From NCBI GenBank assembly GCA_951406725.2, contig OX597818.1, positions 6,634,001 to 6,698,000 of the forward strand: 64,000 bases of DNA. Direction: 5' to 3'. The notes below the pieces were generated by a model, which saw only the letters and a list, made by a program, of their open reading frames with translations, was not told the origin of the DNA and did not search any database. This document shows, in pieces, positions 39,349 to 51,663 of this stretch. Position 1 is the first letter of the stretch, and the number at the start of each line of letters is the position of its first letter. Source of the DNA: Octopus vulgaris. Lineage: Eukaryota. The position numbers were made by a program, and so were the translations under genes.

Positions 39349-40519
39349 ATTCCTTATCGTTCTAACTTCTGTCGTACTATATATTCTATATATTTTCTAG
39401 AATGGTAAATTAACCAGCTTTATTATGAGTTCTATCGAATTACTCGAATACATAATTTGTGACTTCAGTATATATATTCACACACGTACAAACACACGTA
39501 TATATATGAGGAGAGAGAGAGAGAGAGAGAGAGAGAGGCAGAAAGAAAGACAGATAGATACAAAGACTATTACACGCACTTCAGTTTATGACATGGACGA
39601 AATGCACAGCATTAGTTAGGATAGTGATGTTCTTACAAGCATTCATGGAACTACAATTATTTAAAGTTACAATTTTTGGTAGTTCTAATCCAGGAGCATC
39701 ACAACCTGTAAATACATAAATCATCTACAGGTTATAACTTTCAACTTATTATCTCGAAATGCAACTTTTAATAGCCGATTCCAGTGAGTTAATTTCAATT
39801 ATATGATAATGCTTTACTGCATTAGTTTGATTCTGTGACCAACGAACTTTTCACTCAAATAATATCTATGGATAAGTGGGTAAATGTACTTACTACCTGT
39901 AACAACATTCGATGTGCCAAGCTGAGAGCAGCACAGTAACAATTATCTTTTTATTAATAATGTGTAAAATCAGTGAAACGATCAATAATCAAATGAGTGA
40001 CTATTTAATAATCAAATAAGTGACTATTTGTAGATGCCCAACTATGGATGTCTTTTTCGTACTGCTTCAATCAAATTGCGCCGAAATTTTAGCGATAATG
40101 CTTTCTAAAATGGCAAAATATAATTACAAACTTTGAAAAATAACATGATTATATTATCTACGATTATATGAACATTCACATATTACCGTTCTCAGTACTG
40201 CTATTATGGAAAAATAATTATCATCATTGTCATTTTCATAACCACCAATATATTCAACTTCATGAATGTCACAGTTATTAATTTCATAATCATCAGCGGC
40301 AGTGTAATTGACTTATTACGAAGTGTTATAGAAGTTAGAAATATTCCTGGATATAAGTAGAGAGCAGGTTACTCAAATTTCATGCAACAAATGATATGCT
40401 ATATTTATACCCTGGTATGATATTTGCATACATCCACTTCGACTATTTTGTTCTATCATCTTGACGTTCACAAAGCAAACGCGAAACATTCATAGTTCTT
40501 TATTCGTGCCAAACGTTTG

Positions 40520-40960
40520 TGTCCCAAATGTATGACATCACTCCTTGTCCTTTGCTGTAAAGCCCCCATGCATGTCTGAAATAGTCTATGAGTTTGCTAT
40601 ACAACATAATTCTAGAAATCGATAATTGTCCATCCTGGTGACATAACATGCTCAGTGTAGCTGTATCTCCAGAATTGATTTGATGCTAGTACCTTTCACC
40701 TGATCTAAGATCTCAACGTTAATTGACAGAGTCACCCAACTGGATGCTGAAGATGATAGGAATGCAGCGCACACGAAATCACTCAAGAATTGTAGGCGGA
40801 GCCAATAGATAATATACAACTCTGAGCCCTACAAGAGGGAGATAAGAGCACCAGCTCTGTTTACACTTGTTTTGGTCCTTTTCTCAATTGTTATTGTTCC
40901 AGATTCTTTTGCACAGTACAGTCTGTCCAATGGTCTGACTACCTTGGCCATAACTTATAC
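40520..40960 (-). mobile_element. RTE-clade LINE, highly decayed C-terminal fragment
   Basis: Minus strand: TKTSVNRAGALISLL*GSE...VRCIPIIFSIQLGD...NVEILDQ..TSI...QLH*ACYVTRMDNYR, resembling RTE TK..Y....LLYGSE...RC...I.W.D...N.E.L...W.GHV.RM. Confidence 0.6.
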
Positions 40961-43043
40961 TGCTTTCTAAGCCATATCGCGATTCTACAAAGCACAGCAT
41001 GATATGCCGAAATATGGGTTAAAGTGGTTCTATAAAACTTAAGTTCAATATTGATACTCATTACATGCACATTCTTAAACATTACGTGAAATTGATATTT
41101 CAATGTACTAATTAATACATTAAACATGTAATTAAAACAAAATTAAAATAGGTGAGTACACGGCATTAATTTTGACATCACAGAAAAATAAAATTTTTGA
41201 ATTAACTCTTTGTTTTTGACGTAGAAGACATCTCTATTTCGCCTCATTCATTCCTTCAAATTGTCATATGTTATTTTTGTTTTTAACAATAATTATATCA
41301 TTGTCGTCTAAAGTCTGGCTAGCACTTGTAAAGCTATTCTTCGTTTAGATAGCCGACAAAGCCCGAAGCGAGTATAGAATATTGCCAAAATAAAATAAAC
41401 TCCTTATTTCTTGCGCCATATAATCTTTAATTACTATGCATTGTTTTATATTAGTATTTAAGTTTCTAGAGTTGTTTATTGTCTTTCTTGAACACATTAC
41501 ACGTTCAGATAATGAAATTTCTCTTGCTAATAACGTCTATCATTAATTTAGATGATGCTTTAAATCAATGTTCTTATATGTTACCACCTCCTTACTATGT
41601 AGTTTTTTGTATAAATTTACGCATATGAGAAAGACCTCCGAAAACTTGGTTATGGTTCGAGAAAATTCCTAGATTACTTTCTGCTACACCTAGCTTCGGG
41701 AATACCATTTTCCCTGTGACTCTCAGGATTACTATGAACAAGACATTAAGCTGCCGAAATAATGTAAAATGTGGCATCTTTTTTTACCAATATGAAATTA
41801 AATCATATAAGGCACACAAAACATGTCATGTATTTTTTTCTTAAGTGAAGGTCAACATTCGATATGCTGATTTCAATTATGTAGTCCTAAATAATTCCCA
41901 TCATAACTGAAATGCGTATAATAGGTTCAATAACGTTTTGAAAGATGTATAAGACAATATTGATACTTCAAATTTGAAAGTGAAATGATAACAAAGAAAA
42001 ATGCCCGTTTTGAGGTAACTGCTACAGAATTATGGAACCAGGGACAGAGAAAAACAGAATTATTATTGGCGAAATATTGACGAACAATGTACAAGGAAAT
42101 ACTGAAATCCCCATAGGCAATCATGCGTATTCTCTCAAAAATTTATAATGCTAATACTGGAAATGATACGACAAGTATAAATACAGGAGTATAAAAATAA
42201 GTGTTTAAGATTAATATCATAGCCAGCAATTCTGCAAATGGGGAATTTGAAAATTATATACCATCTTCATTTTATTATATGTTATTTAGTTTATTCGAGA
42301 TTCCTCCTGATTGCTTCAGATTAGGCATTGTAACATCTAGGCTTTCGTGAAATTTCCATAAATTCCGGTATCAATATGTGTGAGAGTGTGTGTGTGTTTG
42401 TATATGTGTTTGTCTGTGTGTAATCCAGTGACTGTGTGTGTGTTTGTGTGTCTGCGTATGTGTATATTTTCTTACATACGTACAACGAAGACATAAATAG
42501 GCATAATCATTCATTAATGCACACATATTCCTACTAATATTACCGATTTTGCTTGATTACACATTTATGTTTCTATTTCCTCGTGAACAGATTTGTGTGC
42601 ATTATGAAGATTTCCTACAAAATTACAAGTGATCATCATTTTGTTATACCTACAAACTGAACTAGTGTGTTCCTCAAACCCAAGAGTCTTTCTACAATCT
42701 GTGTATATTATATCATAGTGAATTGTACATGCACTGCTTAGAAACCCTTAAGGATTATAACGCTTATTGCATTTATTTAGTGTATAATATATTCATTTTC
42801 CGTAATCATATTTTCATTAAAGTTTCTGCATGATCCCAGCTACAATATATTTAAACATTATCAAAGCAAAGGAATCAAAAGCGGGCAGTGGTGTCGAACT
42901 CCGTCTTTCAGTGAAAGCCAATGGCGTAAATTTGACCATTGAAACGGTGATTACACTGGTGGTGCCCCAGCATGGCCACTCCTTTGGGCCAAGACATGTA
43001 AGAGAATAAAAACATCTATATAAGTATTATATACATATATAAG

Positions 43044-43074
<31 letters not shown>

Positions 43075-43079
<5 letters not shown>

Positions 43080-43860
43080 AATACTAAATTTCTAAATCTC
43101 GTAGAGACATGTACGGTGGTGGGGCGTATATACTGTCAATCTAACACGAACGTGACAGTAGGGGGTTACACCACCGCTCTTTAGCCCTAGGAAGCATCGA
43201 CGCCTCCTGATGGCTTTGACACATTTTTCCTGTGTCCTTATATACATTTACGAAGGGGAGACAAATATCCCCAGCCGCCGGGCTGCATCTAGGGACACGT
43301 GTTTCAGGATGATTGTCCTTCATCGGCCTAGAGGAGCAGACACCGGTCAGCTGACGATATCTGTTTCGACTCGTAATGTAAGTATCTAAATTTCAGTGAA
43401 TTCTATTCACTGATTATCAAAATCAGAAATACTAAATTTCTAAATCTCTCGTAGAGACATGTACGGTGGTGGGGCGATAGAATGGTTGTATACTGTCAAT
43501 CTAACACGAACGTGACAGTAGCGGGGAACATCACCGCTCTTTAGCCCTAGGAAGCATCGACGCCTCCTGATGGCTTTGATAATAGATTTTGATATACATT
43601 AAGAGTCGAGACAGATATCGTCAGCTGACCGGTGTCTGCTACTCTAGGCCGACGAAGGACAATCATCCTGAAGCACGTGTCCCTAGATGCAGCCCGGGCG
43701 GCTGGGGGTATTTGTATCCCCTTCGTAAATGTATATAAGGACACAGGAAAAACGTGTCAAAGCCATCAGGAGGCGTCGATGCTTCCTAGGGCTAAAGAGC
43801 GGTGGTGTACCCCACTACTGTCACGTTCGTGTTAGATTGACAGTATACAACCATTCTATA
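43075..43860. mobile_element. Fold-back PLE-type repeat, family G (direct plus inverted copies) between TA tracts
   Basis: 43128-43372 is mirrored by 43603-43847; 43423-43580 is a direct repeat of 43075-43220; HHR in both arms. Confidence 0.85.
43289..43331 (-). ncRNA. Type I HHR, family G (CCGATGA core)
   Basis: Minus strand: ctagg-CCGATGA-a-gga(caatca)tcc-t-GAAA-cacgtg-TC-cctag. The mirror copy at 43644-43686 (+) has GAAG. Confidence 0.78.
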
Positions 43861-43892
43861 TATATATGTATGTATATATATATACATACATA

Positions 43893-45064
43893 CAGTAGAT
43901 TTTCCTTCTGAAGTAGATATTTTTGCAGTCCTATGGTGGTTATTTTATAGAAGTTTTCCAGCCGTATAAGGCCTCTACCACCTCCTATACGTTGTATATA
44001 TAGCCTTTGTAAGTCAGATTTTGGGTGATGCATCCTAGATCCTGTCATCATTTTTCTTGCTTTCCTATCTATTTTGGTCAGTTCATTTAGTGTCCAGTTA
44101 AGGATATTGTTGCTATAACTTATAACTGGGACGGCCAAAGTGTTAATACATATTATCTTGTTTTTATCATTGAGCTCTGTTTTTAGTATTGATCTAACTC
44201 ATCTATAATATTCTTTTTTTATTTTCTCTTTCATTTGTGTGTGCTGTGTCTTATCTAGTTCATGGATTCCTAAGTATTTGTAAGTTTGGCTTTGGTCTAA
44301 TTCTTTTATTTCATTGGTTTTATCTAGTGTGATGTTGCTACTCTTAACTAGTTTTCCTTTTTTCATGGTTACTTTGGCGCATTATTCTGATCCAAATTTC
44401 ATTTCTATTTCTTTGGTAAATCTATGAACTGTCTTTAGTAGTGTTTCCAGCTGTTTGTCAGTTGTAGCGTATAGTTTTAGGTCATCCATATATAAAAGGT
44501 GGCTGATCGTTTTGCCGAAACATTTATACCTGCATCCAGTTATATTTAGCATATCAGATAGAGGTGACAGTGCCAAGCAGAAAAGAAGTGGAGAGAGCGG
44601 ACTCCCTCCAATGGGGATGGCTTTGGTTTTCACGAGTCCCTCTTTTGTTTGGAGTTGTAACACTGTCTGCCATTTATTCATAGAGTGTCCTATGTAATTT
44701 ATAATTGTTGGTCCTACTTTGTTAATGGCTAGTGTTTCGAGGATCCATGCGTGGAGGATTGCTATCACACGCCTTTCTGTAGTCGATCCAGGCCATACTG
44801 AGGCCTTTCCTCTTTCTGTGGCTGTCTTCAGTTATGGCTTTATTGATCATTAGTTGATCTTTACAGACATATGAGCCTTTGCGGCATCCTTTATGCTCGT
44901 CTGGAAATAGGTTGTTTTCGTCCAGGTGCTTGTTCAATCTTCGTGATATTACTGCAGTAAATGCTTTGTACATTGTAGGGAGGCAGGTTATAGGTCTGTA
45001 TTTTCCTGGTTTTGCTGTCTCGTTGGATTTGGGAATTAAGATGGTTTTCCCCTTCGTGAGCCAT
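43893..45064 (-). mobile_element. R4/Dong-like non-LTR retrotransposon RT fragment
   Basis: WLTKGKTILIPK, KYRPITCLPTMYK, AWIDYRKA, LSPLLFCLALSPLS, SHLLYMDDLKLY, HHPKSDLQRLYIQRIGGGRGL; 5' end joined to (TAA)n. Confidence 0.9.
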
Positions 45065-45072
45065 TATTATTA

Positions 45073-45152
<80 letters not shown>

Positions 45153-45165
45153 GTTATTATTATTA

Positions 45166-45227
<62 letters not shown>

Positions 45228-45236
45228 GTTGTTGTT
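45062..45236. repeat. (ATT)n / (TAA)n microsatellite
   Basis: About 170 bp of nearly pure ATT repeat. Confidence 0.95.
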
Positions 45237-45491
45237 CAAAATCAAGCGATGCCTGAAAAGTTTTGAGTTAGGAAAAACCTAGCACAGACTTAAACCCAAT
45301 CTCTAAACAATGTAGGCATTTGCACAAAAGATTCGGAATACATCATTGGATTCAATCGACATCGCAGGTGGTAAATCAGAGATTTTCTTCTAGAGGGATG
45401 CCTAAACAAAGGCGAGCGTTCTCTTACTCCCAGCTCTCAGATGGTCGTTGACTCTACTGAATCTTTGCTTACATACACGTATATGTATGTA

Positions 45492-45559
<68 letters not shown>

Positions 45560-45745
45560 ATGATCACGTCACCGACCAGGCTGGTCACAATAATATTTAC
45601 ATTGTTTTTGCCTTCAAATGACGCCACCCCACTGGCTAGGCGAGCAGGCCAACATCTCTCGTGATAGAAAAAGGGGTCTGGAGCAACGTGAAATGAAGTG
45701 TTTTTCTCAAGACCAAAACGCGCCGCCCAATCAGAGAATCAATCT
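45560..45745 (-). mobile_element. SINE family 1-related copy, decayed
   Basis: ctggagcaacgtgaaatgaagtgtttttctcaaga matches 928-963. Confidence 0.55.
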
Positions 45746-45779
45746 AGCGGCAAGTAAACGTATGCCTACATAAGTAAAT

Positions 45780-46350
45780 GTAAGGATAAGCAAATTAGAC
45801 AGATCATATAAAGTATATTAAATATATGAAATATAAAAAATGTATGTATGTATACATATAAAAAAGTCTAATTCACACAGAAAACAAATAATATTGAGAA
45901 TTAAAAGGGTGGATGAAAAGTATTAAAGTTCCAACAGTTGTTTCTGGGGCCACGGTTGTCCGTAGTAATGTTTGTAAATTGATTATATCATAGGATGAGA
46001 TGAGCCTCCATCTTCAGGGAAGAGATCCTACATTCGAGATGATAAAGGACAGAAGTTCAAAGATCTTTGAATTTCTATCCTTTAACATCTCAAATGTAAG
46101 ATCTCGTGCCTCAAGGAGGCTCGTCTCATTCTACGACGAAATCAATCCTCAAACGTTACTACAGACTGCCGATCCACCAGAAACAGCTGTTCGATCTGTA
46201 ATACATTTCCTCCTCCCCTTTGTTCCTCTATATTATTTATATTTTGTATAACTTGGATATCTTTATATATGTACATATGTACATTTTTGTATTTCTTGAA
46301 TTTAATATACTTCATATGTTGATATGTCTAATTTGCTTATCCCTATCTTA
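45780..46350. mobile_element. Diverged inverted pair of family E PLE-type repeats
   Basis: ggataagcaaattagaca (45784) is mirrored by tgtctaatttgcttatcc (46325); HHR-like motifs on both arms. Confidence 0.7.
45929..46021 (-). ncRNA. Type I HHR with long stem II, family E
   Basis: Minus strand: ttcc-CTGAAGA-tgg...cca-GAAA-caactg-TT-ggaa. Confidence 0.7.
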
Positions 46351-46399
46351 TCCCACGAGAACTACTAAGTGCATTCTATAAAATGAATATCTGGAGCTT

Positions 46400-48435
46400 A
46401 TCTATGAGGCAGTTAGAAGCGGCATCACATCCGACGTTTTGGCGGCTAGGTGGGTCCTCCACCAACACTTCAACGCCAAACAGGAAGGATGTGTTGTCAG
46501 AGCTAGGATGCGTGCTCTAGGGAATGAAGGTGTTGGAGTCACGGGAGAGACCCGGGTGGCACAGGCGCAACAGGGTAACAAAGCCACCATTCGGTCTCTG
46601 GTAGATGAACAGGGGCGCGAATTACTCGAGCCAAGTAAAATGTGTGAGACCTTTCAACAGCATTTTGTCCGACTGTTCGGGACGGGTGGCGGGCAAGAAC
46701 GTAGGGTGGACTTCAGTGCCTACCTACAAAGCCTGCCATGACTCTCGACAAGAGAGGCAGGGCGCTGCAAAGGTGCCATCACGGCGGCGGAATTGCGGGA
46801 CGCGGTGGCAGAATGCTCGAGGGACAAATCGCCGGGTTTGGATGGTCTACCTTACAAGCTTTACAGTCGTATGGCAGACTTGTTTGGAGACATCTTGGGG
46901 GCGGCGTACTGCAACTGGCAGCAAAATCGGGAGCATCCCTGGTTTTGTGAGCCGAGGAGCCGTAACATTGCTGAAGGGAGATCTACACAAAGGGGATGTA
47001 ATAGATAACTTTAGGCCCATCAATCTGCTTAATGTAGACTTGAAAATTTTGGCCAGGGTGTTAGCCAAGAGGTTGGCGCTTGTCATCGACAAGGCGCAAA
47101 CGTGCGCCGTGCCGGGCCGAGCATCCATGACAACCTCCATCTGATGCGCTACATCATAGACAGAGTAGTTAAGGAACCTGGCATGGTAGGGGCCCTGATC
47201 AATTTGGTTCAATCGAAAGCTTTCGATAGAGTAGAGCATCGATACTTGGAGGCTGTCCTCAGAGCAGCTGGTTTCGGTCCCGTCTTCCACGGCTCAATAG
47301 CTGCTTTGTACAGAGGTATCCGTTCGGTAATTCGCGTAAATGGACATCTATCGAGACCTTTTGACATTGTACGTTCGGTCCCCCCTTTCGTCGCTTCTCT
47401 ACGTAATGACTCTCGAGCCATTATTGCGGAACCTGGCAACCATGAGGGGCATACCGCGAGAATTGGGATGCGGGACGAGTGTGTCTGCATACGTGGACGA
47501 CGTCACCATCATAGTATCTAGCCACGAGCACATCGAGCTGGTCAGCGAGACACTGAATGACTACGAAGCGGTGACAGGAGCGAAAATCAACAGGGAAAAG
47601 TCAGTGGGATTGCGGCTCGGCACCTGGAGAAGCAAGCCCATGCCGTCCACCAGCGCCTCCGTCGTGGGACGCTGGACCGACGGTCCGGTCGTGTTGCTCG
47701 GGGTCTGGTTTGGTCCGGACCTCCAAATGGAGAAGAACTGGAAGGAGATAACGAGTAGGGTGGTCACTCTCACCCGGCAATGGGCCGAGAGGAAACTCTC
47801 CCTAAAATGTCGGGCGGAGGTGGCGAACACGTACATCGCGTCCGTCATCTACTACCGCCTGACCGTCGTGCCTTGTCCCGACCCTACCATCACCAAACTA
47901 GAAAGCATTCTCTTTCGCTTCTTGTGGAAAGGATGCGTCCCGATGGTCAGGCGATCCATTTGCTGTCAACACTCGTTAAAAGGTGGACTGGGTATGCCGT
48001 GGTTGCTGATGCGCAAACACGCGCTGAGACTGCGACATATCAGGCTCTGCGTACACGACAGTGAGCAGATGTGGTCGTCGTTTGTGCTCTCAAGCAACTA
48101 TGCCGTCCCGGGTCGACCTTGAGTGATTTCAATCAACCAAAGCGTTCTATAGGGGATTAGTGGGGGGAGGTACGACGACGAGCTCGGAGCGAACCTGGAC
48201 GTCGACGAGGAATACCTGACCCGCCTGTTCAGGACGACTTTCGGGCCAGGGCCCATGGACAACTTCCGTTCGGGATAAGCTACCCGTTCGGCATAAGCTC
48301 TACAGACACGGCTCGAGAAACACGTATTTCTCGAGCCGTGTCGGTAGAGCTGGCCGAGATACGGTCAGAGCGATGAAACCGTTCTGCGCGCTCTCGTGCA
48401 GTGTCCAACCATTTCCGACCTTTGGGCTTATGTTC
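46400..48435 (+). mobile_element. L1/Tx1-clade non-LTR retrotransposon ORF2 remnant (GC-rich)
   Basis: KSPGLDGLP, NFRPINLLNVDLKILA, SIHDNL, QSKAFDRVEH, AYVDDV, GAKINREKS, KGGLGMP, degenerate zinc knuckle ETVLRALVQC; frameshifts and deletions. Confidence 0.9.
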
Positions 48436-48504
48436 GAGATAATCCATTTTATTTCTTCTGAAGTGTCCTAGTATATATGTATGTATGTGTATGTATGTGT
48501 ATGT

Positions 48505-49055
48505 GTCAGGTCACTTTCGAGTGCTACTGGTAACATGCAACCCAGTACAACCTGTTGCATGGTCGGGTCATCGGCGACTAAACAGGCAACCCCATCAAGC
48601 TTGCTTGGTGAGGAGGGTGTTTATTGGACACCCTGCAGGATGAAAAACAAAACCCGTCAGAGGGCGGAGGAACTCTTGAGAGTCAACGGCCTTCCAATAA
48701 ATGTCTTAAGGCTGTATCATGCGCGGGGACGTAGAAATAATCGGTCTGAATACCCGATCGCGCGGTTAAACCATTGGGAGTGAAGGGCTCCTAGCCTTTG
48801 TTATAGCATCCTTCTAGGAGAAGATAACTCAGGTAACTGCAATAACTCCGATATAAACCTGCGACTCAATGGTTACCGATGATGTTCACTTGTTCTTTTC
48901 GGATTATGGCTGCTGTAGCTTAGTGAAAGGGAATTGATTCAGTGCACAGCCTTTCCTCACTTTAAAAATTATCTTCTTGCACAGGCATTACATGATAACA
49001 TTGATTAAGCTTCGTGCAATGGCCATACTCGATAACGAAGTGTCAGCCACCATGT
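48505..49055 (+). mobile_element. Possible non-autonomous RTE-related element (5' UTR-like) ending in (TATG)n
   Basis: GC-richer non-coding block between GTAT microsatellites; ctaggagaagataactc resembles a motif recalled from RTE 5' UTRs. No ORF. Confidence 0.3.
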
Positions 49056-49099
49056 TTATGTATGTATGTATGTATGTATGTATGTATGTATGTAGTGGT

Positions 49100-49304
49100 A
49101 TACTTTTTTATATTCTTTTAATTGTTTCTGTCACATGACTGCAGCCATGACGGAGCACAACCTGAGGGCGAACAAATCGATCACAAGGAATTATTCTTTG
49201 TAAGCCTAGTACCTATTCTATGTCTTTTGCTGAACTGCTAATTTACGAGGACGTAAACGCACCAACATTGGCTGTCAAGCGATGGTGGTGGGACAAACAC
49301 ACAA

Positions 49305-49380
<76 letters not shown>

Positions 49381-49622
49381 GACAGGCTTCTTTCGGTTTC
49401 CATCTACGAAATCTACTCACAAGGCTTTTTCTGGTGTCTCGATGGTCCGCAGTAATGTTTAAGAATTGATTCCGTCGTAGGTGAGACGAGCCTCCATGTT
49501 CAGGGAAGATATTTCACTTTGAGGTGTTAAAGGAAATTCAACGAGGCTATAGTAGAAGTCACTTACCTAAAGAAATGTGTGGCTGGTAAGCAAGCTTCAT
49601 ACCACACAGCCACTCTTGCGCA
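49100..49622 (-). mobile_element. SINE family 3, interrupted by a family E pLTR fragment (about 49428-49535)
   Basis: Reverse complement of the 55578 family; the insert reads (minus) ttccCTGAACAtggaggctcgtctc...ccaGAAA. Confidence 0.7.
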
Positions 49623-49689
49623 TACATACATACATACATTCATACATACATACATACATACATACATACATACATACATACATACATAC

Positions 49690-49764
<75 letters not shown>

Positions 49765-49805
49765 CTGTCAATTGAGTTTTAAATGAATGCTTCTCCCAAA
49801 AATTT

Positions 49806-49854
<49 letters not shown>

Positions 49855-50371
49855 CTAGCTCAGTAACTGCCGTCGTTCATCGGGTAATTTCTATTACTCT
49901 TTCTCAGGAGCCACATTTAAAATATTACTCTATATAAAATTTACTCCCCTTCTATGTATGTATTTTACAAGAGAAAATCGTGTAATAACTGAAGTAGAAA
50001 AAAGGTCAATTTCATATAAGAATTAATGTTTGACTATTATATTTGCTTCTGCTCCCACACGTGATGCCTCTACATAAAGTTGGCCAAATGAAAAACATGG
50101 TTCTTCATGTTGCAATCCAGCAATTTTTAGTGTTTGTCCCTGACTTCTATTAATGCGCATGGCATAATAAACTTGGATAGGAAAATGTAACCGCTTATAT
50201 TGGAAAAGGGTATTAAAGGGTATAACTGGTATGTGAGGAATGAACACGGTCTCATATTTACCACAACTAGTGAGGATATTTGCCTCAGTGCAGTTTCTCA
50301 TAAGTTTGTGCACAATTAGTTTTGTACCATTGTATAATTTTGGTTGAGACAAATTATGCTATAAAATAATA

Positions 50372-51663
50372 CGAGGAACGTTCAATAAGTAATGCTCCTG
50401 ACCCACTTGTAGTTTTTTGATCTAGCTGAAATTTTGCATGTACAATTATTTATATCTCTATGGATTAAGCGGCAAATTATAGCTCTGAACTAATTGTGGT
50501 TTCTGATTTACAGATGTTTGAACTGAGTTAAGTGTGAAATAGAGCCTGTTGAGTGTCGAGCAGTGATCCGGTTTTTGTATTTGAAAGGACGCACACCACG
50601 GGAGACGTTTGATGAAATGAAAGTAACTTATGGTGATGATGCCCCATCATATGACCTTGTAAAACGCTGGCATTGTGAATTCAAACATAGTCGGAACTCT
50701 GTGGAAACAGCTCCCAGATCTAGTCGCCCTCCTTCTGCCATTGATGAGGCATCTGTCCGTCAAGTTGAGGCTGCCATTTTGGAAGATCGACACATAACTA
50801 TTTGCCAAATAGCCCATGAGGTCAAGATTAATACCGGGTCTGTGGAAACTATCATTCATGACCATTTGCATATGCAAAAGGTGTCTGCCAGATGGATTCC
50901 CAGGTTGCTCACACCCTTCCAGAAGCAAGAACGCGTCGAGTACTCGAGGGTGAATTTGGATATGTGCCAAGAAGATGAGTCTAAATTGTTCAAAAGACTG
51001 ATTACACAGGATGAAACCTGGGTCCATCACAATAATCCAGAGACCAAAGCTCAGTCAATGCAGTGGAAGCACCGTGACTCACCCCCTCCAAAGAAGGCAA
51101 GGGTGCAGCCTTCCGCTGGCAAGGTCATGCTCACAGTCTTCTGGGACCAGGACGGAGTAGTGATGACAGATTTCCTGGCAAAGGGTACCACAATTACAGG
51201 AGTCTCTTATGCTTCACTTTTGAGGAAATTAAGAGAAGCTATCAAAATCAAGAGGCGGGGCAAGATCATCAAAGGCATCCTCCTCCTGCAGGACAACGCT
51301 CCGGTCCACAACTCGCATGTCGCCAGATCAGAAGCACAGGCGTACGGCTATGAACTCCTCCCCCATTCCCCTACTCTCCTGACCTTGCATTCTCTGATTT
51401 TCAACTCTTCCCAGTCATGAAGTTGTTTTTGAAAGGAAAGAGTTTCCCAGATGATGCAGCCTTGATTTCTGAAGTCACGTCGTGGTTGGAGGACCAAGCT
51501 GGGGTCTTCTACAAAAACGGTCTCCAGAGCTGCATCAAATAAAGGGAGAAATGCGTAACTCTGGATGGTTCCTATGTATAAAACGCCTAATAACTGTGCC
51601 AAGTTTCGTTGCTCTACTACTATGGGAAGTGGGTCAGGGGCATTACTTATTGAACGCCCCTCG
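50372..51663 (+). mobile_element. Full-length mariner (DD34D, irritans-like) with TIRs and TA duplication
   Basis: TA|cgaggaacgttcaataagtaatgctcctgacccactt ... aagtgggtcaggggcattacttattgaacgcccctcg|TA. Confidence 0.95.
50539..51589 (+). pseudogene. Mariner transposase pseudogene
   Basis: Start mutated to ATA; WIPRLL, ITQDETW, LLQDNAP; frameshift near 51365 before PYSPDLAFSDF. Confidence 0.9.

Noticed and set aside
39985-40030. 23-bp tandem duplication aataatcaaat(g/a)agtgactattt
   Set aside because: Ordinary slippage duplication with no further structure.
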